DNA of 64,000 nucleotides from Rickettsia endosymbiont of Pseudomimeciton antennatum (GTDB lineage Bacteria; Pseudomonadota; Alphaproteobacteria; Rickettsiales; Rickettsiaceae): NCBI GenBank assembly GCA_020881195.1, contig JAJIYL010000008.1, positions 4,053 to 68,052 of the forward strand, read 5' to 3'. Shown piece by piece: positions 62,649 to 64,000 of this stretch (position 1 is its first letter; each line of letters starts with the position of its first letter). The notes under the pieces were generated by a model. It saw only the letters and a program-made list of their open reading frames with translations, ran no database searches and was not told where the DNA came from. The position numbers and the translations under genes were made by a program.

Positions 62649-63590
62649 TTACAAAAATTTACTTGCTATTAACTTATTAATTATTTTTCTATAAATTTTA
62701 TAACATGTTTTTATTATACCATATGTATATAGTGACCTAAATAATCGTACTATTTTTGTATTAAGAAAAGCCTTATCTTCTGATTGTACAATTTGTGTTT
62801 GTATAATTTGTGTTTGTATAATTTGCGGATTAACAATATTAACAGCACTTAATATTAATTTACTAATCTCTATATTAAATTTACTTAAATATTCATCATG
62901 CATAACGAAAGAAGCAATATTTAACAATCCTATGGATAATTTTTTAGGATTATAAGCATGAGTAGTAGCATAATCAATTCTGACTTTGGATAAAATAAGA
63001 TCCATACCTGCTATCTCATATTTGCTAGCTATAGAAATCCATAAACAAACATCCTCACCAATTCTTAGATTTTCAGGGAAAAAATAGTTTTTTAGAAGAT
63101 AAGTCCTTCCCATTACAGTAGATGGTGCTATTACACAGCAAGAAATAATTTGAGGAAAAACTTGCCCACTAAAAGTACCAGAATTAACATATTTTAAGTG
63201 TTGTCCTTTAAAATTTATTTCTTGATAAGAGGTATGCGAAAATACAAAATTATTATCCTCCATAAATTTTAGCTGAGTTTCTAATTTATTATTATAGAAT
63301 AAATCATCTGAATCAATAAAGGCAATATATTCACCTGTGGCATTTTCTATACCTACATTACGTACTGCTGCTGCTCCTAAATTTTCTTCTTTACGAATAT
63401 ATTTTATTCTGGGATCCTTTTTGATCTCAGCAATTAAGGCTGAAAGATCATCACTAGAAGCATCATCTACTAAAATTAATTCCAAGTTTTTATGAGTTTG
63501 ATCAATGACACTTTTAATTGACTCAATTGCTAAATTAACTCTATTATAAATTGGCATGATTACACTAATCTTAATGTTAGTATTTGTCAT
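62649..63590 (-). CDS. Family 2 glycosyltransferase
   Basis: VIMPIYN, LVDD and IDSDD. Confidence 0.92.
   Translation of the reverse strand: MTNTNIKISVIMPIYNRVNLAIESIKSVIDQTHKNLELILVDDASSDDLSALIAEIKKDPRIKYIRKEENLGAAAVRNVGIENATGEYIAFIDSDDLFYNNKLETQLKFMEDNNFVFSHTSYQEINFKGQHLKYVNSGTFSGQVFPQIISCCVIAPSTVMGRTYLLKNYFFPENLRIGEDVCLWISIASKYEIAGMDLILSKVRIDYATTHAYNPKKLSIGLLNIASFVMHDEYLSKFNIEISKLILSAVNIVNPQIIQTQIIQTQIVQSEDKAFLNTKIVRLFRSLYTYGIIKTCYKIYRKIINKLIASKFL
62784..62825. repeat. 15-bp coding tandem repeat (QIIQT units)
   Basis: TTGTA(C/T)AATTTGTGT x2.8. Confidence 0.8.
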
Positions 63591-63639
63591 TAAAAGTCCT
63601 ATTATCTACCTATGTTCCTAAGAAAATTTTACAAACTCC

Positions 63640-64000
63640 TCATTTAAACCACACAACTCTATTGACATAATCCACGTAGCTTAAAACAATACGGAGTATT
63701 TTTTGTGATACTAACCCAGCATTATAATCAGAAATGATTGCTTGTAAAGGACTATATTTATTATGTTGTTTGGTTACAATACGTACAGCATCTAGAAGTT
63801 TTTCTACTTTAAGACCACTCATTATTAAAACACCTTCATCCATACCTTCTGGTCTTTCGTGAGTATCACGAATAGTAATTGCCGGTAAACTGAGTAATGA
63901 AGCTTCCTCGGTAATTGTCCCGCTATCAGACAGAATGCAAAAAGCCTGCATTTGTAGTTTGATGTAATCTAAAAAACCAAATGGCTTTAAAAACCTAATT
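63640..64000 (-). CDS. wecB: Non-hydrolysing UDP-N-acetylglucosamine 2-epimerase, 3' part (5' end outside window)
   Basis: PFGFLDY, SDSGTITEEA and RDTHERPEG; frame open to the window edge. Confidence 0.9.
   Translation of the reverse strand, partial: IRFLKPFGFLDYIKLQMQAFCILSDSGTITEEASLLSLPAITIRDTHERPEGMDEGVLIMSGLKVEKLLDAVRIVTKQHNKYSPLQAIISDYNAGLVSQKILRIVLSYVDYVNRVVWFK

Overview
AT-rich chromosomal window of a Rickettsiaceae endosymbiont. The gene set and the Rickettsia palindromic elements (RPEs) suggest a Rickettsia/'Ca. Tisiphia'-like organism; this is inference. The backbone is housekeeping genes: tRNA-Glu, bamE, rpmF-fabH-ihfA, pgsA, xseB, mraZ-rsmH-ftsL-ftsI, polA, addB, queC, uvrA, ssb, lspA, nuoDE, fmt-def, purC, dut, recF, ctrA and a GT2/wecB polysaccharide cluster. 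At least four families of short palindromic repeats are scattered through it, several inserted in-frame in proteins (addB carries three different ones). An accessory block at about 7.5-14.4 kb holds a degenerate sensor-like membrane protein, an internally deleted NB-ARC/TPR gene, an HD (p)ppGpp hydrolase and two ProP-like MFS genes. It also holds two 98%-identical inverted copies of an unexplained 261-bp symmetric five-hairpin element whose two inner loops are complementary, which is the top finding. Other notable cargo: a GH84 O-GlcNAcase-like gene, an ADGF-like adenosine deaminase, an intact NB-ARC/TPR protein, an Rpn nuclease with a candidate intragenic antitoxin and a stand-alone (p)ppGpp synthetase. 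Several genes are broken by one frameshift or stop. No CRISPR array or rRNA was seen. All homology calls come from motif recognition by eye, not from database searches.
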